Notes: a model not told the origin generated them from the letters alone. Positions 58,101 to 62,617 are shown, numbered from the stretch's first letter. The stretch: 64,000 nucleotides of DNA from Candidatus Cloacimonadales bacterium (GCA_963663475.2 CAXXJV010000001.1:2272001-2336000); one strand, 5' to 3'. Program-made: numbers and translations.

Positions 58101-60131
58101 TCCTTGAGTATTCTCATCCCAAGCTATAACCAAGTTATCGGCATTATTATAATGAAAGGGTGTATCTAAATTGAATGTAAGCCATTGGTCTTGACTAGTA
58201 ACGCTCATACTACCAGCATAAACTAGGGTAAGTTCATCATAAGGAATCCAACTTGTAGTATTTTGGAAATTAGATTCTTGAGTATGCCCAATATAGATAT
58301 TTAAATCATCTGGACCCCAAGTAGAATTACCATTATAATGGATACTAAGAGATACTATGGCTCCACTAACATTTATCTGTTCTGGATAATAGATTGTTTG
58401 AGAGTAAGTATAACCAAAGAAAGAATCAATAGGTAAGCTAGTGTTTGTTAGTAGTCCATCACCTATAGTAATGCTAACTTGGTTATCAGGCAATTCAGTA
58501 GTAAATTGTCTTACATCACTATGAACTACAATTCCACTGATATTATTTAGAGCTGAAAGCCTCCAATAGTAGTTGGTATTGTTTTCTAAGTTCTGGCATT
58601 CATAGGTGCTTAACAAGTCATTTGTAAGGACCAGAGCAGAAGCTTCAAGATTTTCTACATCTTCAAGATTAGAGGAAAGATAAAGATTTATACCTGTTGT
58701 ATTTTCACCTATCTCCCACTCTAGTAGAGTATTTACCGAAACATCTGTAGCTTGATCTTCAGGACTGATCAAATTAACTATTGAAGGTTCATTTTCTGGT
58801 ATTTCTTCTATAAGAAAGTCATCAATATATATATTTTGATATTGAGAGAGCAGTGAATGCTTAAAAGAAATATGTTTGATTTCTCTATCATTTGGTAGGT
58901 TATATGAATAGTCAACAAACTCATTAGTGAGAGAAATAACGCCCAGTGCTGAGAAAGTAGATTCATCAGATGCATCACTCATTGTTCCTAAAACAACTTC
59001 TATAGGAAAATTATCCTCCCCAATGATTGAAAAACTAACCCTGTTACCAGCATTTTCAATTTTAGGAGATGATAATATGTAGTTACCCGAAGTAGTTCCA
59101 CTATTATGCAATCTGAGAGATGAAGGTTCTGAAAAAGCTTGTCCATAATCCACTTGACAATAATTATAACTATTGCCAGTATCATCTAAAACAATCCACC
59201 CGTTTACTTTGTCTTCTTCTTGATAAGAATCAAAATTTTCCTCATAAGGAAGCTGAGCTATCCCATAATCACTATAGAAAGTATATGTTTGAGTAGAAGA
59301 AGATTCTCCTTGGGGACTGAAAGCGACTAATTTCCAGTAATACTGACTATTATATTCTGTATCAGGATAATAATAAGGAGAAGAAGCTGGATTAACAATA
59401 AGAGCATCATAAAAGAGTTCATTGTCTGCAATATAAAGAACTACATAACTTGTATTTACCCCATTATTCCATATAAAATTAGTGTTGATTGCTACATTTA
59501 CAGACCCCATTTGGGGCTCAATAATGGTAGGGATACCAGGAAGACTATCATTCAAAATGTTAAACCTAGTGTTTGGAACAAAAGTTTTGTAACTTCCAGA
59601 CATATTTGGGAATGTCCCATCTCGATATTTATAAAGCGTTCTGTTAGCATCACTGTTGCGACCATAAAAATTTGGATAACCAGACTCATAAGAACCATCA
59701 TTATTTATATAGACAACTTCAAGATTGTCACTACCATTATAGTCAAAAGTCACATCTAAATCATAATCATTCCAACCTGTTTCTAAAATTACATTTCCTG
59801 AAAAAACTAATTGGAAAGAATCATCCGTACTTGGGTCTATATAATCAGTAGAGCTATATTCAGAAGCACTAGTGTGCCTCATATAAATAGATTGATTATT
59901 CATTGCAAAGCTATTAATATCATTACTTATGTTGTAGGATATCTTGTTAATGGTCATTTCTTGTAATAAGTCAGAGTAAAGATATATTGTCCTTGTCCAA
60001 CTGTAATCATAATAACCATCAGCTGGAATATACCTAATTGTGGTTTCTTGATTTCCAACCTCAACGTATTGTCCATAAAGTGTCATGCTCATAAGCATGA
60101 TTAAACTAAAAAATAATCCAAGTCTCTTCAT
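37125..60131 (-). CDS. giant (7668 aa) secreted multidomain surface protein / putative adhesin
   Basis: GGAGG SD and signal peptide. Contains cleaved-adhesin-like and FN3 modules, two GLUG beta-helices, about six PKD domains (WDFGDG-type), many ASH/choice-of-anchor-D Ig domains, LamG (WYHVAVTY, GGIDEFRIW), two propellers (GITYDGTY.WIG), cadherin-like domains and a pectin-lyase-like beta-helix. Domain names come from motif recognition. Confidence 0.92.
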   Translation of the reverse strand: MKRLGLFFSLIMLMSMTLYGQYVEVGNQETTIRYIPADGYYDYSWTRTIYLYSDLLQEMTINKISYNISNDINSFAMNNQSIYMRHTSASEYSSTDYIDPSTDDSFQLVFSGNVILETGWNDYDLDVTFDYNGSDNLEVVYINNDGSYESGYPNFYGRNSDANRTLYKYRDGTFPNMSGSYKTFVPNTRFNILNDSLPGIPTIIEPQMGSVNVAINTNFIWNNGVNTSYVVLYIADNELFYDALIVNPASSPYYYPDTEYNSQYYWKLVAFSPQGESSSTQTYTFYSDYGIAQLPYEENFDSYQEEDKVNGWIVLDDTGNSYNYCQVDYGQAFSEPSSLRLHNSGTTSGNYILSSPKIENAGNRVSFSIIGEDNFPIEVVLGTMSDASDESTFSALGVISLTNEFVDYSYNLPNDREIKHISFKHSLLSQYQNIYIDDFLIEEIPENEPSIVNLISPEDQATDVSVNTLLEWEIGENTTGINLYLSSNLEDVENLEASALVLTNDLLSTYECQNLENNTNYYWRLSALNNISGIVVHSDVRQFTTELPDNQVSITIGDGLLTNTSLPIDSFFGYTYSQTIYYPEQINVSGAIVSLSIHYNGNSTWGPDDLNIYIGHTQESNFQNTTSWIPYDELTLVYAGSMSVTSQDQWLTFNLDTPFHYNNADNLVIAWDENTQGYHSSNDEFYNTSTINTQSLVYKSDSTNPDPQNPPAGQAKYAFPNIQLILAESDEIYPSLPLVISPANNEINYELEYPLEWTNGVNTDYINLTIGTSADLTDAETFTNVQSPFFFEHQYNTTYYWKLQAFSSSSNSTESQIFKYTTDYGFAQIPFIQNFDSYSEGDHPNGWYVLDNTGNSYNYCQVDYGRAYSAPAALRLHNSGTTSGDYILSSPRFVTQGNRVSFSIIGQDNLPIEVVIGTMDNPNNADSFTAIDTLSVSEEFHNYTYSFSEDYSIKYFSFKHSMLSQYQSIYIDDFTILEIPENEPSQVTLISPEDHATNVSVDTILEWEIGDNTTGVNVYCSSNLQDVEDMSSSAMVIENQLISSYECSDLENSTSYFWRVSAVNNLSGLVIDSDIRQFTTELRGNLVSITIGDEELTNTGLPIEPYFGYTYSQTIYQADQISHEGSIVSLKIHYNGNSAWGPEDLNIYMGHTQLASFESQTSWLPLEELTQVYDGTITTTNQDQWLSFDLDIPFNYNNTENLVIAWDENTYGYHTSSDEFFNSSSSNTVSIQYRNDTTNPDPANPPSGTLISAYPNIEIILDSTEPVDEYLPPRNLIGIANNGSVQLSWNSPLILNETSHIPLGYYVYRNSIQISPTVVVDTLFNDLDIQHGEIYEYYVIALYSYNQSQASNTQEVHAYNFSGQGNYESPYIIETLTDLRVLNEIPSLWSGSFKQTGDIDASDTYNWNEGAGFNPIGRDSQNMFTGSYNGQGFSISNLFINRPSTNNIGMFGYASNASISNLKLLDIQFLGNLYIGGLIGNSNSIILSNSCVTGDISGSYGIGGLMGSANASNISYSYTSVDISANDIYIGGLIGIGSSVSISNSYARGSISGTYINGGLAGRIYNNSTINNCYAAISVSGSGSSGGLVADNSSSSVNNSFWDTVISNQSTSAGGTGLTTEAMQTLSTYLDEGWDFADETENGEEDIWIFVADNYPHLAWEGYAQNLSNPPSNLQANLVGNFIDLTWSPYQFTGSRTRALQGYKVYRNSIEITESVIPDTLYRDANIEVGNIYSYYVTAVYDEEESQASNVVEIEITNDYPAPTNLIAQVDYPNINLTWDEFIESSIEEIKWTDENWQYFANGENTFAILAENTSSSNMQINTIGFVLYGTLTNNYIDVKVWSDDNGLPGNELYSLATTINQIHPDWCNIDVSDQNWTIPANTNVFIGIANYENSSNFGLLMETTSSPANSYTYANEQWQSTLDAYSCSNVALRVEVETGSSSGIIPDSYSVYRSADNDNDTYYMIASVFEGNYQDNNPIFNTQSYYYVTGVYGDIESFPSNIAQVEINELILQGQGSQESPYLINDIDDLYILTKNNEYWGQGIYIEQTADIDAESSQYVQGSGFSPIGYEWGNLFRGNYNGNNHSISNYYINLPQAEYVGLFGYTYGATISNLLVSDIQVYGNEKVGGLVGRTYANTLIENCSVTGIITGTEASNTMVGGLVGNNYESTINNCYTEAILNGSYIVGGLVGYNISSTISNSFALENIDCSGHFVGGLVGYSQSGASIENSYVSCNVHGVENVGGLVGFNDGSHIFKSYSQGQISSIGSYTGGLVAKNMAGSTITQSYSSANVNGAGSYGGGLVADNNGSISDSYASGNIQSLDDYVGGFVGLSSESGQIVNCYSTGNVSGSNSIGAFIGFNNGSIISNSLWNNETCDIELGAGGNTGNLINFAGISSLEFLDQANFIDLGWDFQGESANGSEDIWTFSSGHYPYLSWEDKFVAQFTVSQQTISANSEVTFTNLSLGDIDTYEWDFGDDSYSSQANPNHTYYYPGTYDVKLTIYNDDSSDIEYKTEYMTVYVSSPSGLSAYVEDNDNDVILNWQEEDGVWLQKCNDTSYNGIGTNNAAEFSVALKYTSEELLAYQGMYLTSIKMFPRVAEATYTLKVWGGPSGMDELYSQNITSFENQQWNEYILDSTIAIPTSGQLYIGYRVNTPSGLPAGADNGPLVEGGNMIRFNDSSNWDYLHNLSSSLTVNFNIKAFASYSGQDRLVSNYQPLYQLTSKANSKKQSLLASYTRPIASSTDYSSNTRDLTGYKVYRDESLIASLDAQTMTYVDYDLPNGSYEYYVTQVYGAVDSNPSNRVNVTVHQLIADFSTDNLQVITGQEVQFTNLSTQGDVTYYWDFGDGNFSNESNPLHTYTQAGSYSVSLTIFEGDDSVTEVKEDYITVLNSSYLYNNFARTTLAYEDDSNWDEIINNLLGNDYRVADWYDLVAYHNRGEDLLVLYDSLGLEDHGSSAYVKRNGDPSYNSSRYYYASRHEHNKPGNYMAHDNIDNYLISLGSWYGSNYIFAYINLNPAFIASETICTQYDELIFTNQSIGNSNSYLWDFGDGTSSLEENPYHVYQEPGSYTVSLTISNDSGSVTETKEDYIRVNAINHNPNINLPELFTFEEDTTLDVDFSEYITDIDEDDQLILTCEESSNIYTEIDGFMVTFSAMPDWFGSEVLYFTVDDQAGDGISRVNVGRTRAIASDNIEVIVTSIDDPMSVNNPIDNVYEPMNSPDLEINLAERFYDVDSQITSYEITLNTFEELVTTSISDMNLTLSFTEDMFGSAEIELTAYNNHSDQISLSFMVDIWPTPEMSVSPENFTISVLTGETFPSTFTIENNGLGSLEWGLESVTYQESGLAEWLDIATSSGNIEVDENQVVDITFSASDLNAGVYHANILFNHNNPNQEFIEVPVTFTVLGLPEISVSTNSLDFGQVFVNSNQVLPLVINNTGSSTLTINNISSTGNYYSVNYNNFVIPVGQSRTIEVSFNPETIGNDDASLNIYSTDYLHNPLVLSLFAQAINPPEIEVIGQDLEFYVLGSGLDTETILIRNNGASTLEYNLESDDNWVSFNPFMGQLEAAGEQVVTITVNPINLVAGIYDSSFSVNSNVPGSPVTNVNLQLVRQVYNVTDFDNDDNSGLGVSDNDLDVLVGYNSANAPIEFNIFSNNPNPETVKLSLRAWNVDNAGGGVHRVYLNNYILGELRGLSDTWTTTLFEVQPSYLDGSLVNKVEIEVDSDFVGNSIKVDWGQLSYDNTSLNASIRYIDLDQTSYYAGANVGVTEEIDTNLANQEIRVETTIYSPWDTIVTGTSRVLTIIGSQSDAFSESLEIADHYSPGIYELQVIVYDNNSNIQQALFTSNFEVKPYESEIFVETNTIDFGPVLENETSQEIITITNTGHADLVISEISSDHANFISNITSTTIGYNESQNIIISFTPSSLGQVEGNLTIISNASNTPAFLIALTGIGIENVPYIEVSHTSLDFGNVYTIVPESQEVTIRNVGPAPLEITNIISDNQYFIVDDNLAGAIINTNEELLVNVTFEPFAVQQYSGNITIISNADNQPNFVISVSGQGSIAPQVTYAPNDIEIAMSVGENISENLEISNTGGNELTWNIKDNFGMMFEVDGFNSPSVDYGYIRNRAPIQLYGGSFSVELWFKVDSNLGQSSNGSIYNGGKQCIVSKSVSSQTGSFGIYTDGIDNQESDKNLKVALNNGSNREFLVANNIELHQWYHVAVTYNDNIMTVYLDGNQITQEEVVNFTGNYAPWILGKMSETGSNWYRFDGGIDEFRIWESARSHTEIANYRNVRLLGNEQNLGGYWNFDQEDLRDGSSYQTTGVIYGNAGISESNVSTIPSWISFSNTSGQLGPGNLTSLNINLDASDIIGGTYNQVIEMTSNDPDESIIEIPLTVNVTGIPNIVITPETLDFANSYIGYSDTLSVLITNTGSDVLNLSNFNISEDVFTTEVTQLSIQANESQRIIINFTPEAERVYSGQFTFTTNLPGNAVRSLEITGNGVYTPQIALSTSSFSATVNSGQVTNQELTISNIQGEELNFDIELIEVLDRDVVSGVFDNLPNSNKGMVWVDGYLYIISYSQNKLYKYDISNESVIAQYPIHSSPFGITYDGTYLWIGSSSSTFYAYDLAGNQVDQFNSILTGNYAMTWNGENFIISPSSVNNPQIYTLDTDGSVISTIDTNFNGKMNQIVWVADHTGGELWALDYSAHKIRQLNPTDGSLLKQISYNEFSGTSYALAHNGRDLWIAPDSETDSKLYRIEDNIHEFNWLTVSPDSGSLVEGENQIVTLEYNARNLMAGRYEAVLDIHSNDAETPSSEIYVILDVIGQAVLVSSENELDFATCFIGQTLTEEIELANAGSSDLEINNIMFNSSDFSVTETQISIEPLTSQSISISFTPLSSGVKTAQMTIYSNDIANSEYIIQLSGIAEGEPTFEVNPASLLANLTVDEEESQVLRLTNNGGSNLIYSLALDEVNSREENFINDYELREMGFFADQSRNIVINDLPYQNLVTSEANRFLGDQIATYPNMPAWNAGLYWLNNELYIVDFNRDNEVQATGRLLKYDLETYQITESYPIHTLPYGITYDGTYFWIGNQSGNVYCYDPTTLNTSTNPPIASFSSPVDYFPALTYMGDSFLISRAFGDNPVSSIYRVAHNGDILETYSAYLGMNISQLVWVEDYYNNELWALQNTIEDEVIIGGKILQLQLVNSSIVVTEENSFWDNDVIYSFTSNGKDLWISDVSGPLFQVDDGRWLSTDNTSGTIAPGHYQDINITFNPTGIYGGDYSGSVRLTSNVPQNSLINLPVTMRVQGYPEYEISDSQINFGEVAVGYSDIQSISLSNIGSDDLAIESITFTPLGIFTTNTNISSLAPGASSDINVEFSPDNNIEFDAIMDIQTNIGLVSVNLNGQGYLPPIIGLSIENIVSSLEYGQSEDRELIISNSGDRTLSYEIMINGGSRSDDNSRSRSVEANDWLSLTPTSGDINPGTSQTVTVNLSAADVYAGNYSALLLVNSNDPQGSQEIPVQLNVSGNPSISVSETDIDFASVLIGNSANQTFTVSNTGSSILQVSSVSLESNEFLVSPPSFTLAPEASRSVTVSFTPLSQGAKTASVTILSNDENGEDHVALTGYGVEATAEILVSTDNLDFSQVNVGNYRELEYTLYNQGTGILRITNIGSSHPDFVSMSLPTLNSPINIQPGNNRVMLVRYTPTGDTEETAVLTITSNANNESSLEINMSGSGVNVPQITINKTSLDWFILDNTLYYDELVISNEGQAQLDYSLSTETLALPWITANPASGSIEAGASATINLTLDTRNIDYGSYFANFTITSNDPDNSELSLPMILNHSNFNFTDTDNAGNDFVETTDNDLGINISENSPNAPVEFFIYTNESEVDYAKLRIRAYDIDSGEINYVFVNGTWVGQLVGSNNNYSITEFMINPELINLGENVANEIEISLDVNSTDSGYSRIIWGQFVFNQAPIYATISSLNLNRSNYYPGEEVQVNSIITTQLYNQAVRAEYELLNPDLQVIDTYQETLNLSVTSNQQTSANLDLPPDSEIGTYSVKLAIYDVATNIKQSERTTNFNILSGDPVLSVNNEINFGSNYIGYPKMKNIQITNQGYAPLSISSLTTSNGFFSVVNRAFVLQNGESETITVTFESSEAGTFTENLIIESNDPNNQSQIITLSATAIEAPQIELSTTSIATTIPRFGTDSGQFTITNAGNSNLHISSIRVSGTSWLSVEPTSLTIPQGLSEEVELSFSAYDLTEGNYNAIVQVNSDDPDNSTLLIYVTMTVTERLITANFTATPLSGPKELEVTFTNLAQTSDGSQISEYQWDFHNDGIVDSYEIHPSYTYENRGSYSVRLTVENENGESHSLLRNNYISVINTIPVLTSPIPNIVMEEDAINQEIDLRTYFSDGDNDNLIFTVSGNHNIHVSITNGIVTLAPNQDWFGIEELTFTASDNHQGIVSDVITVTVVDVADAPYFIELPESITILQTTRQVIDFANHVYDPEQSLSLLSLSIDNNEHVTYNILGLEVTFYAPQDWAGTETLTVNVSDGSGRLVTSQDIDITITDSFNAEFTADNTEILSGQTVQFTDLTQGNPNHWVWYLDNDDVPDSYLQNPSINYNIGGEYSVSLVVSYIDEDDILVTSDSVRYENYISVEGTSIPGGNYFGDWQVALSPYNVYGQVSVESGTSLNIEPGTVINIMEDTYFIVSGGLIADGVTFGTVAGEERQVGEWEGIKFTSTDEISSLSNSYILNARKAIEINGASPNLTGLTIQGLDSEHSAIKISGPSQAIIDDLDIDKYNTGIEILGDASLDIPVITNIRVRHTTNTSRTENDPIAVKIHNSNVNIDNLDIEDFAKAIEIKSTQGSSAPVLTNIRVRHTTNTSRLDDTYAIKVEGDASPNISNIEIEDFSKAMSFDALNSSPSPVLTNIRVRHTTNTSRELADTALEFTGSVNAVIDSLEIEDYLTGIIFDNSSRTEAITPTLTNIRVRHTTNTSRTNAYALKSLGKVNMSLNDFESDNIYNGILYDSSESINPTLTNIRVRHTTNTSRDLGGTAITCMGNVSPQMSDVILEDYVTGLNFDNSNRSESSLPVLTNIRVRHTTNTSRTDALALNSVGSVNLSLDDFESDNVHDGISIYSSSSSSPVLTNIRVRHTTNTSRELGGFGIHISGQVEALLDSLLIEDCLTGIYLENLSRTESLTPVLTNIRVRHTTNTSRTDAFALKSIGLLNLDLHDFESENVMSGIYLDSSDETIPTLTNIRVRHTSNTSRNLGVGITLNNQANSWIRNSEIAGFACGLKVTGNNNAIIERNTFLDNLVSFDLTGNECLPQIHHNHIENSLGDLATFLFASDIQNVQILNNNILSYSKIVNANNSSLYFGQNIIWGSPISEADLASGNDIETTFEYNNISMAIDNAPGIGNMNTDPLFADSDLHNLELSIHSNCIDGGNPNLDLDPDGSIADIGMNYHHHLANFNSSSRFNTPGIPIYFDNKSEGHDDPTTDILWEFGDGHSSSLRNPEHIYQSPGIYNVTLTMTTGSFTDIVNRQGFVVTQDDPLPAPQYPLISMSNTDIILEWNEISESISGSPVANVSYLIYSCLDADGIYEYRDNVTELTWTDSNIAELAPRQFYFIIGFVNNQRMSLEDFINTHRYLTRDGNIIKPSLSKSKKN
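38322..39680 (-). repeat. nine intragenic TNIRVRHT[T/S]NTSR peptide repeats
   Basis: 39-nt copies start at 38322, 38481, 38652, 38811, 38982, 39141, 39312, 39477 and 39642. Confidence 0.97.
56340..59550 (-). repeat. tandem duplication of a ~535-aa four-domain module at the giant protein N-terminus (boundaries approximate)
   Basis: GGTTCATTTTCTGGTATTTC at 58786 and 57181 (1605-nt period); shared TGNSYNYCQVDYG, LRLHNSGTTSG, FGYTYSQTIY, NLVIAWDENT. Confidence 0.9.
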
Positions 60132-60421
60132 TTAATCCTCCCTCAAAGGCTTTATGTATAATATTTTCAATACTTAGAATCCGTAAAAGTGTTGATATTT
60201 TTCTACACTTCTGCAAATATTCAACTATGTTTTCAAAAATATGTTCTAATGTGTATTTTGGTGGTTATAGAATCATATTTTATTCTTTTATTTTCTTACA
60301 TTATAATATTAAAACATCTTGTTATTAGTGATTGTATAGCTATTATGACCTAATATAGTACGGCTTAGTATATTTTCATTATAGAAATATTCACACATCC
60401 TAACTATCTGTCTATAAGATG

Positions 60422-60450
60422 AATATATAACTTAAAAATATTTTTGTCAA
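60422..60450 (-). promoter_or_regulatory. putative sigma70 promoter of the giant gene
   Basis: Minus strand TTGACA-17 nt-TATATT, implying a ~285-nt leader. Confidence 0.55.
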
Positions 60451-60558
60451 TGATTTTTAAAACTTATATTTTTTCATAGTAATCTACTAACAAGGCTTAT
60501 CTAAAAATATTATATTGTGGATTATAAAATTTATTTAACCATAAGCTTTTTCCTATAT

Positions 60559-60639
60559 TCATCCTTGACCCTTCCTTTACAGTCTTTCGATGAAAGTCCC
60601 AGTTTCATCGAAAGACTGTAAAGGAAGGTAAGAGGATGA
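60559..60639. repeat. palindromic intergenic repeat, copy 3 (loop GTCCCAG, i.e. CTGGGAC on the minus strand)
   Basis: CCTTCCTTTACAGTCTTTCGATGAAA-GTCCCAG-TTTCATCGAAAGACTGTAAAGGAAGG, outer arms TCATCC / GGATGA. Confidence 0.95.
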
Positions 60640-60937
60640 TAAGGTGGAATTACTAGAAAATTTATTAATGTTATTTTAACTTGAATAGTGCATTTAAAGT
60701 TTGATGAAGAGTGCTAATGCATTATTTGTGTTTAATTATATATCTTGATTCAGAATAATCCCGAATTGTGTAGTAGAGCATTAGAGAAGTAGAAGAATTG
60801 CATCTCATCTATGTCTTAAATTCTAAGAGTTTTAATCAATTTTCCTCCTACTAAACTAATCTTTTAAGATCTTACAAAAAAATATAGACTCATTATGCCC
60901 TAAAAATATTATGGTTAAAAATTATATTGGAGTTTAA

Positions 60938-62617
60938 ATGGAAGAAAATAAAGTAATTTATTCAATGAGTAAAGTAGGAAAAGTAATAGATGGTAATAAG
61001 CAAATATTAAAAGATATCTATTTAGGTTTTTATTATGGAGCTAAGATAGGTATTGTAGGACTTAATGGTTCTGGAAAATCTACCCTTCTTAAGATTATGG
61101 CAGGTATTGACACTGATTATCTAGGTGAAGTTGCCATGTCTAAAGGCTATACTATAGGTTATTTAGAGCAAGATCCTCAATTAGATCCAGAAAAAACTGT
61201 TTTAGATATTGTAAAAGAAGGTGCTGCAGAGTCTGTTGCTCTCTTAGAAAGATTTGAAGAAATTAACTTAAAGTTTGCTGAACCCATGTCTGATGAAGAA
61301 ATGGACGAGCTCTTAAAAGAACAAGGTAAGGTACAAGACCAGCTTGATGCTCTAAATGCTTGGGATTTGGATAGTAGATTAGACTTAGCAATGGATGCTT
61401 TGAGATGTCCACCAAGTGATTTAAAGTGTGGAGTAATATCTGGTGGTGAAAAACGTCGGGTTGCCTTATGTCGCTTATTACTTCAAGAACCAGACATTTT
61501 ATTATTAGATGAACCTACTAACCATTTAGATGCTGAGACCATTCTTTGGCTTGAACATCATCTACAGAGATATAAAGGCACTGTTATAGCCATAACTCAC
61601 GATAGATATTTCTTGGATAATGTAGCAGGTTGGATTTTAGAGTTAGACAGAGGGGAAGGAATTCCTTGGGAAGGTAATTATTCTTCCTGGTTAGATCAAA
61701 AACAAAAGCGTTTAGCTACTGAAGCCAAGGGTGAATCTAAAAGACAAAAAGCTTTGCAGGAAGAATTGGAGTGGATTAAGTCTAGCCCTAAGGCACGTCA
61801 TGCTAAAAGTAAAGCTAGAATAGCCAACTATGAAAAGATGGCTTCTGAAGAGTATCAAAGAGAAAATGCAACAGACCAGCTATACATACCAAGCGGACCT
61901 AAATTAGGTACAAATGTTATTAAAGCTGAAGGGGTTGCCAAGGGGTTTGATCAGAAATTACTTTATGAAGATTTAACATTTGACCTTCCAGCAGGTGGTA
62001 TCATTGGCGTTATCGGTGCAAACGGTGCAGGTAAAACCACTCTTTTCAATATGATAACTGGCAATACTCAAGCAGACAAGGGAACTTTCACTATCGGAGA
62101 AACAGTCAAATTATCATATGTGGACCAAGCTAGGATTATTGATTCTGATAAAACAATCTTAGAATTGATTGGTGATGGAAGAGATGTTATGATGGTGGGA
62201 GATAAAGAAATTAATGTAAGACAATATTTATCTAGATTCAATTTTTCAAGTAAAGAACATGGCAAGCCAATAAAGGTTCTTTCAGGTGGAGAAAAAAATA
62301 GAGCTTATTTAGCTTTAACTCTGCAAACTGGTGGAAATGTCTTGCTACTTGACGAACCTACAAATGACCTAGATATTAATACTATTAGAGCTTTAGAAGA
62401 TGCCTTAATGAAATTTGCTGGTTGTGCTGTTGTGATTAGTCATGATAGATACTTCTTAGATAGAATTTGTACTCACATATTAGCTTTTGAGGGTGATTCA
62501 AAGGTTAAATGGTTTGATGGAAACTTCTCTGAATATGAAGAAAATAAATTAGAAAGACTTGGAGAAAAAGCTCTTATTCCTAAAAGAATCACTTATAGAA
62601 AACTTACAAGAGACTAA
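60938..62617 (+). CDS. ettA: energy-dependent translational throttle ABC-F protein
   Basis: GAKIGIVGLNGSGKS, DALRCPP, SGGEKRRVALCRLLLQEPDILLLDEPTNHLDAE, GIPWEGNYSSWL, second ABC domain. Confidence 0.95.
   Translation: MEENKVIYSMSKVGKVIDGNKQILKDIYLGFYYGAKIGIVGLNGSGKSTLLKIMAGIDTDYLGEVAMSKGYTIGYLEQDPQLDPEKTVLDIVKEGAAESVALLERFEEINLKFAEPMSDEEMDELLKEQGKVQDQLDALNAWDLDSRLDLAMDALRCPPSDLKCGVISGGEKRRVALCRLLLQEPDILLLDEPTNHLDAETILWLEHHLQRYKGTVIAITHDRYFLDNVAGWILELDRGEGIPWEGNYSSWLDQKQKRLATEAKGESKRQKALQEELEWIKSSPKARHAKSKARIANYEKMASEEYQRENATDQLYIPSGPKLGTNVIKAEGVAKGFDQKLLYEDLTFDLPAGGIIGVIGANGAGKTTLFNMITGNTQADKGTFTIGETVKLSYVDQARIIDSDKTILELIGDGRDVMMVGDKEINVRQYLSRFNFSSKEHGKPIKVLSGGEKNRAYLALTLQTGGNVLLLDEPTNDLDINTIRALEDALMKFAGCAVVISHDRYFLDRICTHILAFEGDSKVKWFDGNFSEYEENKLERLGEKALIPKRITYRKLTRD

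Noticed and set aside
37125-60131. Diversity-generating retroelement target, intein or RTX/Rhs toxin
   Set aside because: No reverse transcriptase or TR/VR pair, intein splice motifs, GGxGxD nonapeptides or Rhs core motif seen
60132-60420. c-di-GMP riboswitch or CRP site in the giant-gene leader
   Set aside because: No GEMM consensus seen. TGTGA-N6-CTATA (minus strand, ~60380-60395) has only one good half-site in AT-rich DNA.
2948-62265. Short ORFs (60-121 aa) antisense to or nested in long genes, e.g. 2948, 4303, 7603, 25776, 26548, 39547, 42868, 48030, 59511
   Set aside because: Shadow ORFs of well-supported genes with no recognisable motifs
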